Part shown: positions 23,691-35,962 of the stretch, piece after piece
How the letters are laid out: each line of letters starts with the position of its first letter
Numbering within the stretch: position 1 is the first letter of the stretch
Assembly: GCF_001194135.2 (NCBI RefSeq)
Contig: NC_068982.1
Coordinates: 64,275,555 to 64,315,213 of the forward strand
Direction: 5' to 3'
Length of the DNA: 39,659 nucleotides
From: Octopus bimaculoides
Taxonomy: Eukaryota
Made by a program: the position numbers and the translations under genes
The notes under the pieces: model-generated
What the model was told of the DNA's origin: nothing
The model's database searches: none
The model's input: only the letters and a program-made list of their open reading frames with translations

Positions 23691-23930
23691 GTGCGTGTGT
23701 CTGTGTGTGTGTGTGTGTGTTTGTATGTGTTTGTTTCCCCCAATATCGCTCGACAACTGATGCTTGTGTGTTTATGTCCCCGTAACCTAGCGGTTTGACA
23801 AAATAGCCCGAGAGAATAGGTACTAGGCTTACAAAGAAGAAGTCCTGGAGTCGGTTTTCTCGACTATAAGTGCTGCTCCAGCATGGCTGCAGCCAAATGA
23901 CTGAAATAGGTAAAAGAATGAAAGAATATG
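23627..23930 (+). mobile_element. SINE family A 3' half (5' part lies in the gap)
   Basis: (TG)n then ATCGCTCGACAACTGATGC..CCCCGTAACCTAGCGG..GGCTTACAAAGAAGAAGTCCTGG..CCAGCATGGCTGCAGCCAAATGACTGAAA. Confidence 0.88.
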
Positions 23931-24490
23931 TATATGTATATACACACCCACACACGTGCACGCATATGCAGATACTTACATGCATACATATATACATACA
24001 CATATATAAATGAGTGTGTGTATGTGTCGTGTGTGTGTGTGTGCGTGCGCGCGCGGGGACATAACCCATAAAGGGAATTCATATGAATAATATATATAAA
24101 TCCTAGTTGGAGTCATTAAATGTTCCGCCCAATCTTTTGTGATAAGTATTGTTTTGACCTTTTCTACGGACTTCACCGATTGACTAATGTTTAAAGGTTG
24201 AAATTATGGCAATTCCTGAAGGTCTTTGTTATTATTTTATACTGTCGCCAACAGTTTTGAATCATTTAGAATAATGCTACGATTGGTTATAGCAATAACA
24301 TGTTTTTTTATAAATGAACGTTACGAACTACGTGATCAAGGTTTGTTTCAAATGGGTGATAGTGTGGGACAAGTAATCTTGGTGTTAGTATTATGCTAAA
24401 TGGTTAAGTATATGCTTAGACCATGGGATTAAACTAACGATATGTGTGTGTGTATGTGTGCGTGCGTTTGTGTGTGCATGTGTGTATTTC

Positions 24491-24521
<31 letters not shown>

Positions 24522-24573
24522 GCATCTGTGTGTGTGTATGTATATCTATATACAACACATGTATATACAACTT

Positions 24574-24575
<2 letters not shown>

Positions 24576-24620
<45 letters not shown>
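24576..24620. repeat. (GATA)n microsatellite
   Basis: Read directly from the sequence. Confidence 0.95.
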
Positions 24621-24674
24621 TACGCTCATACATACACATATATACATACATTTATACACACAGACATATGTTAT

Positions 24675-24926
24675 ATGCAGGACACTGACTGGGAGAACAA
24701 TGCCTGTCATCGCCACGGATGGAGGAAGCAGGTTTTGAGAGAGCACGTATCCAGCGTGTATAGTGAATGGGGAAAACTTGGTCTGCAATGTTTGCAGTCG
24801 TGTATGCTTGTCAAAAGCAGGGCTCATTAGCTACCAACGGAGCCGCAAATGCAAAATATAAGTTGGTCCTAGAGCGTACAATGTTCCTGAAGGTCGGCAA
24901 TGGTCTTCCTCGGTCACGAGTAGACG

Positions 24927-24934
<8 letters not shown>
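24675..24934 (+). mobile_element. RTE LINE 3' end (same family as copy 2) with two internal deletions
   Basis: High-identity match to 11702-12017 but lacking about 20 bp and about 38 bp; ends GACGGCCATCAT then (AT)n. Confidence 0.93.
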
Positions 24935-24974
<40 letters not shown>

Positions 24975-26866
24975 TATAAGTGTGTGTGTGCGCCCCTCCA
25001 CACACACACACAGTGAAGGTATAATTTCTCGCAGTGACCGACCAGTTTCATCTTATGTGAAAATCATCAACTGACACAAACCCGGTCCGTCAACGTGAAC
25101 AATTCCTGCACTTGCGACGCTTTANNNNNNNNNNNNNNNNNNNNNNNNNNNNNNNNNNNNNNNNNNNNNNNNNNNNNNNNNNNNNNNNNNNNNNNNNNNN
25201 NNNNNNNNNNNNNNNNNNNNNNNNNNNNNNNNNNNNNNNNNNNNNNNNNNNNNNNNNNNNNNNNNNNNNNNNNNNNNNNNNNNNNNNNNNNNNNNNNNNN
25301 NNNNNNNNNNNNNNNNNNNNNNNNNNNNNNNNNNNNNNNNNNNNNNNNNNNNNNNNNNNNNNNNNNNNNNNNNNNNNNNNNNNNNNNNNNNNNNNNNNNN
25401 NNNNNNNNNNNNNNNNNNNNNNNNNNNNNNNNNNNNNNNNNNNNNNNNNNNNNNNNNNNNNNNNNNNNNNNNNNNNNNNNNNNNNNNNNNNNNNNNNNNN
25501 NNNNNNNNNNNNNNNNNNNNNNNNNNNNNNNNNNNNNNNNNNNNNNNNNNNNNNNNNNNNNNNNNNNNNNNNNNNNNNNNNNNNNNNNNNNNNNNNNNNN
25601 NNNNNNNNNNNNNNNNNNNNNNNNNNNNNNNNNNNNNNNNNNNNNNNNNNNNNNNNNNNNNNNNNNNNNNNNNNNNNNNNNNNNNNNNNNNNNNNNNNNN
25701 NNNNNNNNNNNNNNNNNNNNNNNNNNNNNNNNNNNNNNNNNNNNNNNNNNNNNNNNNNNNNNNNNNNNNNNNNNNNNNNNNNNNNNNNNNNNNNNNNNNN
25801 NNNNNNNNNNNNNNNNNNNNNNNNNNNNNNNNNNNNNNNNNNNNNNNNNNNNNNNNNNNNNNNNNNNNNNNNNNNNNNNNNNNNNNNNNNNNNNNNNNNN
25901 NNNNNNNNNNNNNNNNNNNNNNNNNNNNNNNNNNNNNNNNNNNNNNNNNNNNNNNNNNNNNNNNNNNNNNNNNNNNNNNNNNNNNNNNNNNNNNNNNNNN
26001 NNNNNNNNNNNNNNNNNNNNNNNNNNNNNNNNNNNNNNNNNNNNNNNNNNNNNNNNNNNNNNNNNNNNNNNNNNNNNNNNNNNNNNATATATATATATAT
26101 ATATGTATGTATGTATGTATGTATATGTATGCATGTATGTATGTATGCTTGTGTGTGTGTGAAAGATAAACTGAGGACTAAGTTAATTCACAAAGTACCT
26201 AATTTCTTCACAAATTCTAACGCTATCTTTAAGACTTGGTATTATTCTAAGTTTATTTACTGTGCGAATGAGTACTGTTAGGCAAGTAAAGGATGCAAAA
26301 GGAAATTAGGCATAATATATCAGGAAAATTATACAAACTAGGAATCAAATGGGTAAATATTTTTCGCGATTTACAGAAAACCACCCAGAGACCTCTCTTT
26401 CTCCCCCCCCTCTCTCTCTCTTCCTCTTCTAGTATTTATAATAACATTAGTTATGAAGAAAAATATCGCTCAGAAACTTTAACCACGTAACAGATGCGAG
26501 TGTTTAGTTAATATCTGGCTTATTTCACACTGAAAGCCCATACGTAAAATTTCAAAGTTATATTGGATTATCTTTTGCAGAACATATTAAATAATATTAA
26601 TACTAAAATTAGGAATTTACTAACGCCTACCAGAAGAAGCAGTTTCGTCTATTGTTAGTCTAAAAGTAATGTCAATAAATTGACTTCAAATATGCCCAAT
26701 TCAATATTGTTGAATATTATCCGTCAGTCTCAAATGTTACTAACCAGTGTTCTAAGATTTGAAAAGATATATAATTCTGAAGATGAAATTTATATTGATA
26801 TCATTATGCAAGTTGGAAATTTTTTGCCTAAATTAAGAAAATCCAGAGATTAACAGCGTAAAAATA

Positions 26867-27176
26867 TCGAATTTGATGGCCTATAAGACGAATTACCACT
26901 AAAATGAATTACCACTAAAATAATGTTTTAATTACTTCACTTACCTGTATAACCTTATGTTATTACCGGTAGTTATAAGCAATTTATTGCATCCACACTC
27001 GATATAAACATACCGTAGGCTAGGCTACCAGGCTACATCTACGTGACCTCTGATGTATAATTTCGGTCAACAGTCACGAGTTTTGAGCCTACATTGAGTG
27101 CATTGAATGCAGGAGTTTTTTAAAGCCATTTTGGGGGTAAAAAAAAAAGGTGCGTCTTATAGGCCACCAAATACGG
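26867..27176. mobile_element. Non-autonomous Tc1/mariner-superfamily (Tc2/pogo-like) MITE
   Basis: 24-bp TIRs: TCGAATTTGATGGCCTATAAGACG (26867-26890) vs reverse complement CCGTATTTGGTGGCCTATAAGACG (27153-27176), 21/24 identical; TA on both flanks. Confidence 0.8.
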
Positions 27177-27490
27177 TAAATGATATCGTTGGCCTGTAAC
27201 TTCTAGACTTGCTTAAAAATAAAATCACACCCAGAGATATAGAGATGATGGGATGGTTTATCACATCATGTAAATGCAACATATTAGACACATTTTCAAA
27301 AGGTTTAATTGAAAACGTTCATCATTTAGGGCTGAAAATAACTATTAACACGAACTTATAAATTTTACAGATGTCACTCTCACCCTATCCCCCGACACAA
27401 AGAATATCAATAAGCACTGTAATCTGTTCGTGTGTGCATGCATGCCTATCTTGTCTTACTCTCCTCACTTGTAATTATTTTTATACTAAC

Positions 27491-28135
27491 GTTGCTGTGT
27501 GGTTAAAAAGCTCGCTTTGTAACCATGTGATTTCGGGTTCAGTCTCACTGCACAGCACCTTGGACAAGTATTTTTCGTTATAGACCCTGGCTGACCGATA
27601 CCTTGTGAGTGAAGCCTGTTGTATATATATGTGTGTGGAGGCGCAATGGCCCAGTGGTTCAGGCAGCGGACTAAAACCTTTTAAGGCAGTGCCCCAGTGT
27701 AGCCGCAATCCAATTAGTGAATCAAGTTGTTGTTGGCACTCCGTCACTTACGACGTCGAGGGTTCCAGTTGATCCGATCAACAGAACAGCCTGCTCGTGA
27801 AATTAACGTGCAAGTGGCTGAGCACTCCACAGACACGTGTACCCTTTAACGTAGTTCTCGGGGATATTCAGCGTGACACAGTGTGACAAGGCTGACCCTT
27901 TGAATTACAGGCACAACAGAAACAGGAAGTAAGAGTGAGAGAAAGTTGTGGTGGAAGAGTACAGCAGGGTTCGCCACCATCCCCTGCCGGATCCTCGTGG
28001 AGCTTTAGGTGTTTTCGCTCAATAAACACTCACAACGCCCGGTCTGGGAATCGAAATCGCGATCCTATGACCGCGAATCCGCTGCCCTAACCACTGGGCC
28101 ATTGCGCCTCCACAGTGAATCAAGTAAAACGATGA
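27491..28135 (+). mobile_element. Rearranged SINE family A host copy (interrupted)
   Basis: Family A head and core at 27491-27612; family A 3' end at 27680-27727, resuming at 28114-28135 after a nested insert. Confidence 0.72.
27728..28113 (-). mobile_element. SINE family B', full length, with 12-bp TSD
   Basis: Head GTGGAGGCGCAATGGCCCAGTGGTTAGGGCAGCGG..TTTCGATTCCCAGACC; tail GGAGTGCCAACAACA; flanked by AGTGAATCAAGT at 27716-27727 and 28114-28125. Confidence 0.93.
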
Positions 28136-28429
28136 AAAAAAGAGAATTCACTTATATTTTCCTTTCGTCGTCGAAAGATGTCAAATCTCCAAATTCGTTT
28201 GAACTTCACAAATGTTAAACTTATCCTGTATTCCTGTATTCTTTGTTGTTCTTTCTGATTTACATTTTTTACTACTTTACATTGTACTTACACGTACTTC
28301 ATCTTGATTCGACCTCTGTACTCCAACTTCGATCTTCACCTCGTAACTCTACCATGGATTTCCACCGAGATTACGTTGGCTATCTTTTTTTCTGCATTTT
28401 TGCACTGTCCTAATCTCCCATGAACATCC

Positions 28430-28906
28430 AAGCTTTTTCCTTTGGCCTATTCTTTTTCCTTTTTCATCCTTCCCCTGCTCTCTCTTACTCTGTCCTTCTC
28501 TCTGTTACTCTCTCCCTCCTTCTCTCTTTCTCTTTCTCTCTTTTACTCTCTTCCTCCCTCTCTCCCTCTCTCTCTTATGCTCTCTCTCTTACTGTCTCTA
28601 TTTCTCCTTCTTTAACTCTCCCTCCTTCTCTCTCTTATTCTCTCTCTTACTCTCTCCCTCTCCCTCTTACTCCCTCACTCACTCTATTTCTCTCTCTTTT
28701 ACTCTCTCCCTCACTCTTACTCTCTCCCTGTAACTCATTCTCCCTCTAACACCCTCTCTCTCTCTCTCCATTACTTTCTCCTTACCTCGCTATCACTCTC
28801 TCCCACTCTCTCTCTCTCTCTCTCTCTTACTCCCTCCCTCACTCTATTTTTCTCTCTTTTACTCTCTCCCTCGAACTTACTCTCTCCCTGTAACTCATTC
28901 TCCCTC

Positions 28907-28947
<41 letters not shown>

Positions 28948-29060
28948 TTCTTTGCCCTTATTTTCCTTACTTTTTTTCTTCTTTTATCTATTATTTTATA
29001 TTTTCCTTCCATTTTTTAAATATTGTTCTCTTCACCATTTTCTTTTCTTCTGCATCCAAA
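28430..29060. repeat. Polypyrimidine (CT-rich) tract with about 85-bp direct repeat
   Basis: 28664-28749 repeats at 28824-28909; both end CTCTCCCTGTAACTCATTCTCCCTCTAA. Confidence 0.85.
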
Positions 29061-29193
29061 CATGCTTAACTCCCCTACTCATTTAACCTTCTCAAGCGTT
29101 AAACTAATGCCATATTCGTCATATTTTGTTCTTCTGTGATGCTCTCTCTGCTTTTGTATTTTATGTTCTTTACTACATAATACCTATACATAA

Positions 29194-29251
<58 letters not shown>

Positions 29252-31169
29252 NNNNNNNNNNNNNNNNNNNNNNNNNNNNNNNNNNNNNNNNNNNNNNNNN
29301 NNNNNNNNNNNNNNNNNNNNNNNNNNNNNNNNNNNNNNNNNNNNNNNNNNNNNNNNNNNNNNNNNNNNNNNNNNNNNNNNNNNNNNNNNNNNNNNNNNNN
29401 NNNNNNNNNNNNNNNNNNNNNNNNNNNNNNNNNNNNNNNNNNNNNNNNNNNNNNNNNNNNNNNNNNNNNNNNNNNNNNNNNNNNNNNNNNNNNNNNNNNN
29501 NNNNNNNNNNNNNNNNNNNNNNNNNNNNNNNNNNNNNNNNNNNNNNNNNNNNNNNNNNNNNNNNNNNNNNNNNNNNNNNNNNNNNNNNNNNNNNNNNNNN
29601 NNNNNNNNNNNNNNNNNNNNNNNNNNNNNNNNNNNNNNNNNNNNNNNNNNNNNNNNNNNNNNNNNNNNNNNNNNNNNNNNNNNNNNNNNNNNNNNNNNNN
29701 NNNNNNNNNNNNNNNNNNNNNNNNNNNNNNNNNNNNNNNNNNNNNNNNNNNNNNNNNNNNNNNNNNNNNNNNNNNNNNNNNNNNNNNNNNNNNNNNNNNN
29801 NNNNNNNNNNNNNNNNNNNNNNNNNNNNNNNNNNNNNNNNNNNNNNNNNNNNNNNNNNNNNNNNNNNNNNNNNNNNNNNNNNNNNNNNNNNNNNNNNNNN
29901 NNNNNNNNNNNNNNNNNNNNNNNNNNNNNNNNNNNTATATATATATATATATATGTCTGTGATGTATGTGCTATACAGTTGTACTATATTGGAATAAAAT
30001 CTACGTAAATACTAGACAATACTCTGAGCGCAGGTTTGTGTATGCACGTCACAACTTTGTTTTATATATATGTATGTACAAACAGAAGCAAATACTTATG
30101 AGTGCTATATAAGTCATATATGTGACTGACCTGTGTGTAAATATAGTATATGTCTATGTACATTTTTATAATATATATGTGCGTGTGTGTTACATGCTCC
30201 TCTGTGAATATTTGTACGTTTTCTTAAAGAAAACTAAATGTTTATATCTGTATGTGAGAGAGATAGTTTGTGTGTGTGTGCATATATATGCAAGTTTGTT
30301 TCTGTATAGGCCTATATACAATGTTTGTATCTATGCTTTATACATAATTATAGGTGTTTTTACATGCATTTATACTTGCGAATGCTTGCTAAAATATCTG
30401 TATATGCCTGTGTATTATTATGTTCCTGAGTAGCTGTGCATTTTATGCATGTGTATATGTATATAATTGTTTGTACATATACAGACATGTAGGACTGCGC
30501 CTGTTTTAGCGTTATTTTCTTTATGTGTTTGCATATATAACTGCGATCGGACTCATCTCTATATTAATGTATTCTGCTGTGTTTATATGTGCATCTATCT
30601 ATGAATGTATGCATGTATGTATGCATAAATGTATGTATGTATGTGTGTGTATGCGTTTGAGTAAAATATATAACGCTTACGGACTTCTGTATGTGTTTTC
30701 TTGCTTGATCATAAATACATGCACTCACACTCAATACGTGCGTGTGTAATTGTGTGCGTGTATGTGTGTGTGTGAGTGTGTGTCTATGTGTAATATTCTC
30801 TCGCCTGCTCTTAAACGTCACGGTGTCATGATATGCTTCAAGCATAGAAAATTATAAATGAAGCAATTTTATGGTTAACAATATCTGCTGTTATCAAAAC
30901 TAAAAAAACAAAGAAATAATAAAAAGATAGAAATCAGATCTATTTTATTGCTATGGTTTGTCATCTTCACTAAAACTAGCTTTCCAAAGGAGATATCGTT
31001 ATAACACTTTCCTCGGCCAATGAAACAAAACAAAGATGTTTTCACAAGGGGAATTATACTCATAGCCTAAATAATTAATCGATTTGGCGGCCATATTGTC
31101 ATTTCGTTGAAACTCTTTCTGTTCCAGTTAAACATTCTTTGCTTGCTCGCTTGTTTGTTTTCGTTGCCA

Positions 31170-31410
31170 TTGTTGTTGTAATTATTGTTGTTGATGTTGT
31201 TGCTCTTGTTGTTTCGTCATTGTGATTATTGTTGTCGTTGTCGTTATTGTTATTGTTGTTGTTGTTGTTGTTGTTGTTGTTCTTCTTCTTCTTCTTCTTC
31301 TTCTTCTTCTTCTTCTTCTTCTTCTTCTTCTTCTTCTTCTTCTTCTTCTTCTTTTCTTCTTCTTGTTGTTCGTTGTTGATGTTGCTATACTTGTTATTAC
31401 TGTTGCTTTT
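31170..31410. repeat. Compound trinucleotide array (TTG)n-(TTC)n-degenerate TTG/CTG
   Basis: Near-pure TTC run at about 31280-31350. Confidence 0.95.
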
Positions 31411-33494
31411 GCTGCTGATGTTCCATCGCTTCTCTTCTCTTCTGATTGATTTTGATTCCGTTGCCGTTGGAGTTAAGGAAGACGAAGAGGAGAGGAGGAG
31501 AGGAGAAGGAAGAGATGAAGTAGGTAGAAAGTACGTTGACGAAGAGGTGAAGGTAGAGAATGATGCCGAACTACATCTTCTCTACGTGATCGAGAACACA
31601 CATCTTAAACACAAAAGTTTACTTAAAGAACAGCGTCTATAGTCAATCTTGCTGGCAATCCATCAGTAGCTATGCCTTTTTTCGTCTTATATACAAACTC
31701 CCTCTATAGTCAAGGAATTTTCTCTCACTAAAGCAACGAAATTTCAGTCTGTTATTAACCCTATTCATCATTTATTCTGTATATCTCATATCAATTTCAT
31801 TTAATTGCCCCACTAATTGGACACAGTCACCTGAATTGCTGAAACAGGAGTGAAATTTCCCTTAACTCAAACTTTACCGTCTTGAAAAGAGAAAGACACA
31901 TTGAGTGATATATCGGTAGAAAACCGCAAGAAAGCAAAATGCTTTTAACTCGAGCGCTCTTAAGCATATGTCTACTCGATCAAAAGTGTTGGAAAAGATG
32001 CGCTTCCAGTAAATGGATCCCTATTTTCATGGTTTAACTTGTCCGTACAGATCGGACACTTGCTGTCTATGTAACCAATTACTGGAGTAATACTGATGCC
32101 CTACGCTCTTTTAATCTACTAATCTAGTGAATATTCTATTTAAATATAATCCGGACGACCCGCTGTAATGTTTTCATAGTTATTTGGGTACATTTGGAAA
32201 ATGCATTGACTCCTCTGAAAAGTATCCGAAAATATTGAAGGACATCTGTTTAAATAAGACGTATTAAATTCATTGATCTTTCTTTCTTGCAATTGATGCA
32301 TTACTAGTGTCCATAGTAGCCGAGATCTGACACCGCATGTAAGAAAACAATGCTATTAGAATGCAGTTCATATCATCACCAGACAACTAGTTTCGTCCAA
32401 AATTGAACAAACAATACAAATACAGACTGTATGATTTGGTCCAAGTTTTAAAATGATGTAAAAAGAACACTAGAAATCGAAATAAAGTACTGAAAACAAA
32501 ACAAAAAAAAAACATAAAATACAAATAACGAATATAATGCAAACAGAAAATAAAAAATAAAGTAAGAACTTATATCATTAATGTAAACTGGACATGTTCA
32601 AAATAAAGAAAATAAACACAACAAAACCGAACCTCGGAATATTTACAGTAGACTGGCCAATAAAACCCGAAACAAAAGAAAAAATATATAGAGGAAGAGG
32701 AATGAGAAGTTTTAAGAATAGAAATTTCCAAAAGTGTAATCAAGAACGTGACAAGCAATAGGTGAAACTAATTAAAGAGTTGAAAGCCAAAAAAGAAAAA
32801 AACATCTTATGGATCATCGCAAGACTGAAATTCAGCGATGAAAAGAAGCATGAAAATTAAGCCGTAGATTTGACTTCCATAGATTCAATGAAAACGGCGA
32901 GCAGGTACTTCAATATCAGTAGGTTAAACGCAGTATGTATCGGACCACTGAAGTTACAAAGGAAAGTGGATACTTACCACAGATATACTCATATTTACAA
33001 TATTCAACCACGTTTTTATAATTGCCATTATCTTTAGCATATCATTTTAAGATTTGTTGCTTTTTTTGTTTTCAAATATTTTGGGGCCATAATCGTTGCT
33101 AACACTTTTGTGGCTCACACCTCCTCAAATTGGGCGCCCGACCTGTGACAAATAACAGCCGGATTTCTTCCATATCACGCCTCACAGTCTGACGGAAGAC
33201 ACATTGGATATGGTCCTGTGTTTGCTAAACATAAGAAAAGAAAAGGTGGATGAAATATTTTCGATCAAATCTGGCAGGGGGTTATATAATAACAACAATG
33301 AGAACCCATAAGGTAGTGATATTGAACCAAAAAATATCATTGTACAATAAAAAAAATATCTCAAGACGAATTATCTTCATTTCCTTTTTCTTAAGATAAT
33401 GAATGGATGGTCAGGATTTCTTTGTTAGAAAAGCAAAAAAAAAAGAATTTTTTCACATCGGGATGCTGTGAAAACTAGGCATCAAGGACTAGAA

Positions 33495-33551
33495 ACAACA
33501 ACATCAATGACAACAACAGCAGCAGCTGCAGCAACAGTAATAACGACAACA

Positions 33552-33615
<64 letters not shown>
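33495..33615. repeat. CAA/CAG then (TAA)n array
   Basis: Read directly from the sequence. Confidence 0.95.
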
Positions 33616-33617
<2 letters not shown>

Positions 33618-33619
33618 GA

Positions 33620-33789
33620 ATATAACATATAACATACAGAAAATTGCACTACTGGGCACTGCACACATCCTACACTTTCAATACAGTCACCATAAGAGCA
33701 TCACAGCAAACCACAGCACATCCCCAAGGCACACCGAGCTGCGCTCGGTAGTGAAGTGAAAGCACATTATAAAAATAAAACTACTGAAC

Positions 33790-33790
<1 letters not shown>
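33620..33790 (+). mobile_element. RLE LINE family 1 (Dong-like), 3'-terminal 170 bp
   Basis: NIQKIALLGTAHIL plus a 3' UTR ending AAAACTACTGAA; matches 35825-35967; (TAA)n on both sides. Confidence 0.9.
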
Positions 33791-33837
<47 letters not shown>

Positions 33838-33839
<2 letters not shown>

Positions 33840-34038
33840 TTTCAAATTTTAGCACAAGACCAGCAAATTCGAGAGAGGAGGATAGTCGATTACATCGACC
33901 CTAGTGCTTGATTGGTAGTTATTTTAGCGATCGCGAATGATAAAAGGCAAAGTCGACCTCAGCAGAACTTGAATTCAGAATGTAAGGACGGTCGAAATGT
34001 TGCCAGACGCAGTAACGATTCTGCAACCTCACCGCCTT
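33838..34038 (-). mobile_element. tRNA-derived SINE family D with (ATT)n tail
   Basis: Minus strand: AAGGCGGTGAGGTTGCAGAATCGTT..GAATTCAAGTTC..GAGGTCGACTTTGCCTTTTATC..GGGTCGATGTAATCGACT, then (ATT)n. Confidence 0.72.
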
Positions 34039-34221
34039 AACAACAACAACAACAATAATAACATATTCAGTACGTCGTATATATATGTCAGATTTTGGAT
34101 GCACCAAAGTTCTGTCATAGAAATAACAAATTTTGGCTTAATGTGAAACAATGTAAGGACTGCTGAAATCTCTGAAATACTCTGGTTACAAAAGAGTTTA
34201 TTTTATTTGTTAGCTAGAAAG

Positions 34222-35326
34222 GTTATATATACAATGTATTGAAGGTGGTAGAGGCCTTATTCAGCTAGAAAACTATCATAAAATAGCCACTACAGGATTA
34301 CAGAAATACCTAATCCTAATTCAGAAACACGGAAAACTGGTACAAGTAGCCACAGAATACGAGCAAAACAAAAAAAAAAAACTGTTTTCTGTCTTTAAGG
34401 AAGCTGAAAAATAAAAGAAAGAAGTCATAATATCTGACAGCTATGAAAAAAAAGGAAAAATCAACAAAGGCTGTAAAACAACTGATATCAAAGCTAAAAA
34501 TTGAACAACAAAGTATCATGATAAAACGATAGCAAGAAAAGCTCTGATATGGCAAATACTGGGATAAACTAAACAGAAAAGAAATAGGCAAAGTAAAATC
34601 GGAACAATAGTTGAGAAGCTCAGGACTCAAAGCAGATACTGAGGGATTTTTAATTGTAGCACAAGATCAAAGCCTTGCCAGCAGAAATCGCCAAGAGCAC
34701 ATAATGAAAAAATATATAAGTAAATGCAGAATATGTGGTGACGAGGAAGAAACAATAAATCATATTGTCTCTGGCTGTCCAGTCCTGGCTAAGAAGGAAT
34801 ATATTCACAGATATGACAGAGTTAGGACTTATATACACTGGATCTATGCCAACGCTATGGAACGACAACAGAAAAAAGGTGGTACAGGCACACGCCAGAA
34901 AAGATCTCAGAAAATGAGGAAGCAACCATACTCTGGGATATGACAATACATATAGATAGAGAAATCAAGGCTAATAGACCAGGTTTAGTTATTAGAGATT
35001 AGCAAGAAAAAAATGCTTTCTCATCGATGTATCAATACCAACAGATGTCAATGGATCTCTAAAAGAAACTGAGAAACTCTCAAAAAGCAAAAATCTGGAA
35101 ATAGAGGTAACTCGAATGTGGAGCCTAAAACCAAAAACAATCCCTATAATAATAAACGGATTAGGTATAATAAAAAAACATTCTAACAAATACGTAACCA
35201 AAAACACCAGGACTTACGAATATTTATAACATACAGAAAATAGCCATACTAGGCACTGCACACGTCCTAGGTAAAGTACATTCAAACAGTGAAAATAAGA
35301 GCACAACAACAAACTACAGCACATAC
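34222..35326 (+). mobile_element. RLE LINE family 1 (R4/Dong-like), 5'-truncated, decayed
   Basis: ERLYI..EGGRGLIQLE, YGKYWDKLN, LRSSGLKADTEGFLIVAQDQ, CCHC knuckle CRICGDEEETINHIVSGC, ILWDM..DREIKANRPGL (PD-type nuclease region), DLEIEVTRMWSLK..NIQKIAILGTAHVL; has frameshifts and stops. Confidence 0.93.
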
Positions 35327-35332
35327 TCTATT

Positions 35333-35401
35333 GAAGAAGAAGAAGAAGAAGAAGAAGAAGAAGAAGAAGAAGAAGAAGAAGAAGAAGAAGAAGAAGAAGA
35401 A
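35333..35401. repeat. (GAA)23 pure microsatellite
   Basis: Read directly from the sequence. Confidence 0.97.
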
Positions 35402-35962
35402 CTATATTCACAGACACGACAGAGTTGGGACCTACATACACTAGAAGCTATACCAATATTATGGAATAACAACAGAAAAGGGATGGTATAGGCACACGCC
35501 AGAAAAGGTCACAGAAAATGAGAAAGCAACAATCCTATGGGATATTCCAATACACACAGATAAATTTAGGCCAATAGGCCAGATATAGTTGTCAGAGATC
35601 ATGAAGAAAAAAATGATTTCTAATTGATGAATTAATACCAACAGATAACAACGATTCTCAAAAAGAAATGGAGAAACTTTCAAAATACAAAGACCTGGAA
35701 ATAGAAGTAACTCGAATGTGGAGTCTAAAAACAGAAATAATTCCTATCATAGTGGGCACATTATGTATGTTAAAAACAAATATTCGGACAAATACATAAC
35801 AAAAACACCAGGACTAACAAATATATATAACATACAGAAAATAGTACTACTAGGCACTGCACACATCCTACGTAAAACACATTCAATACAGTAACCATAC
35901 GAGCATCACTGCAAACCACTGCGCTCGGTAGTGCAGCGGAAGCACGTTATAAAAAAAAACTA

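Noticed and set aside
28290-28390. Minus-strand GTAAGT donor with a moderately GC-rich upstream segment
   Set aside because: All three frames contain stops and the upstream acceptor context is purine-rich.
31080-31100. YY1-like CAATATGGCCGCC (minus strand)
   Set aside because: A single imperfect motif with no surrounding CpG enrichment.
34075-34110. Minus-strand HPKSDI peptide suggesting an inverted 5' piece of the adjacent RLE LINE
   Set aside because: The flanking residues do not match the expected RLE context; probably coincidence.
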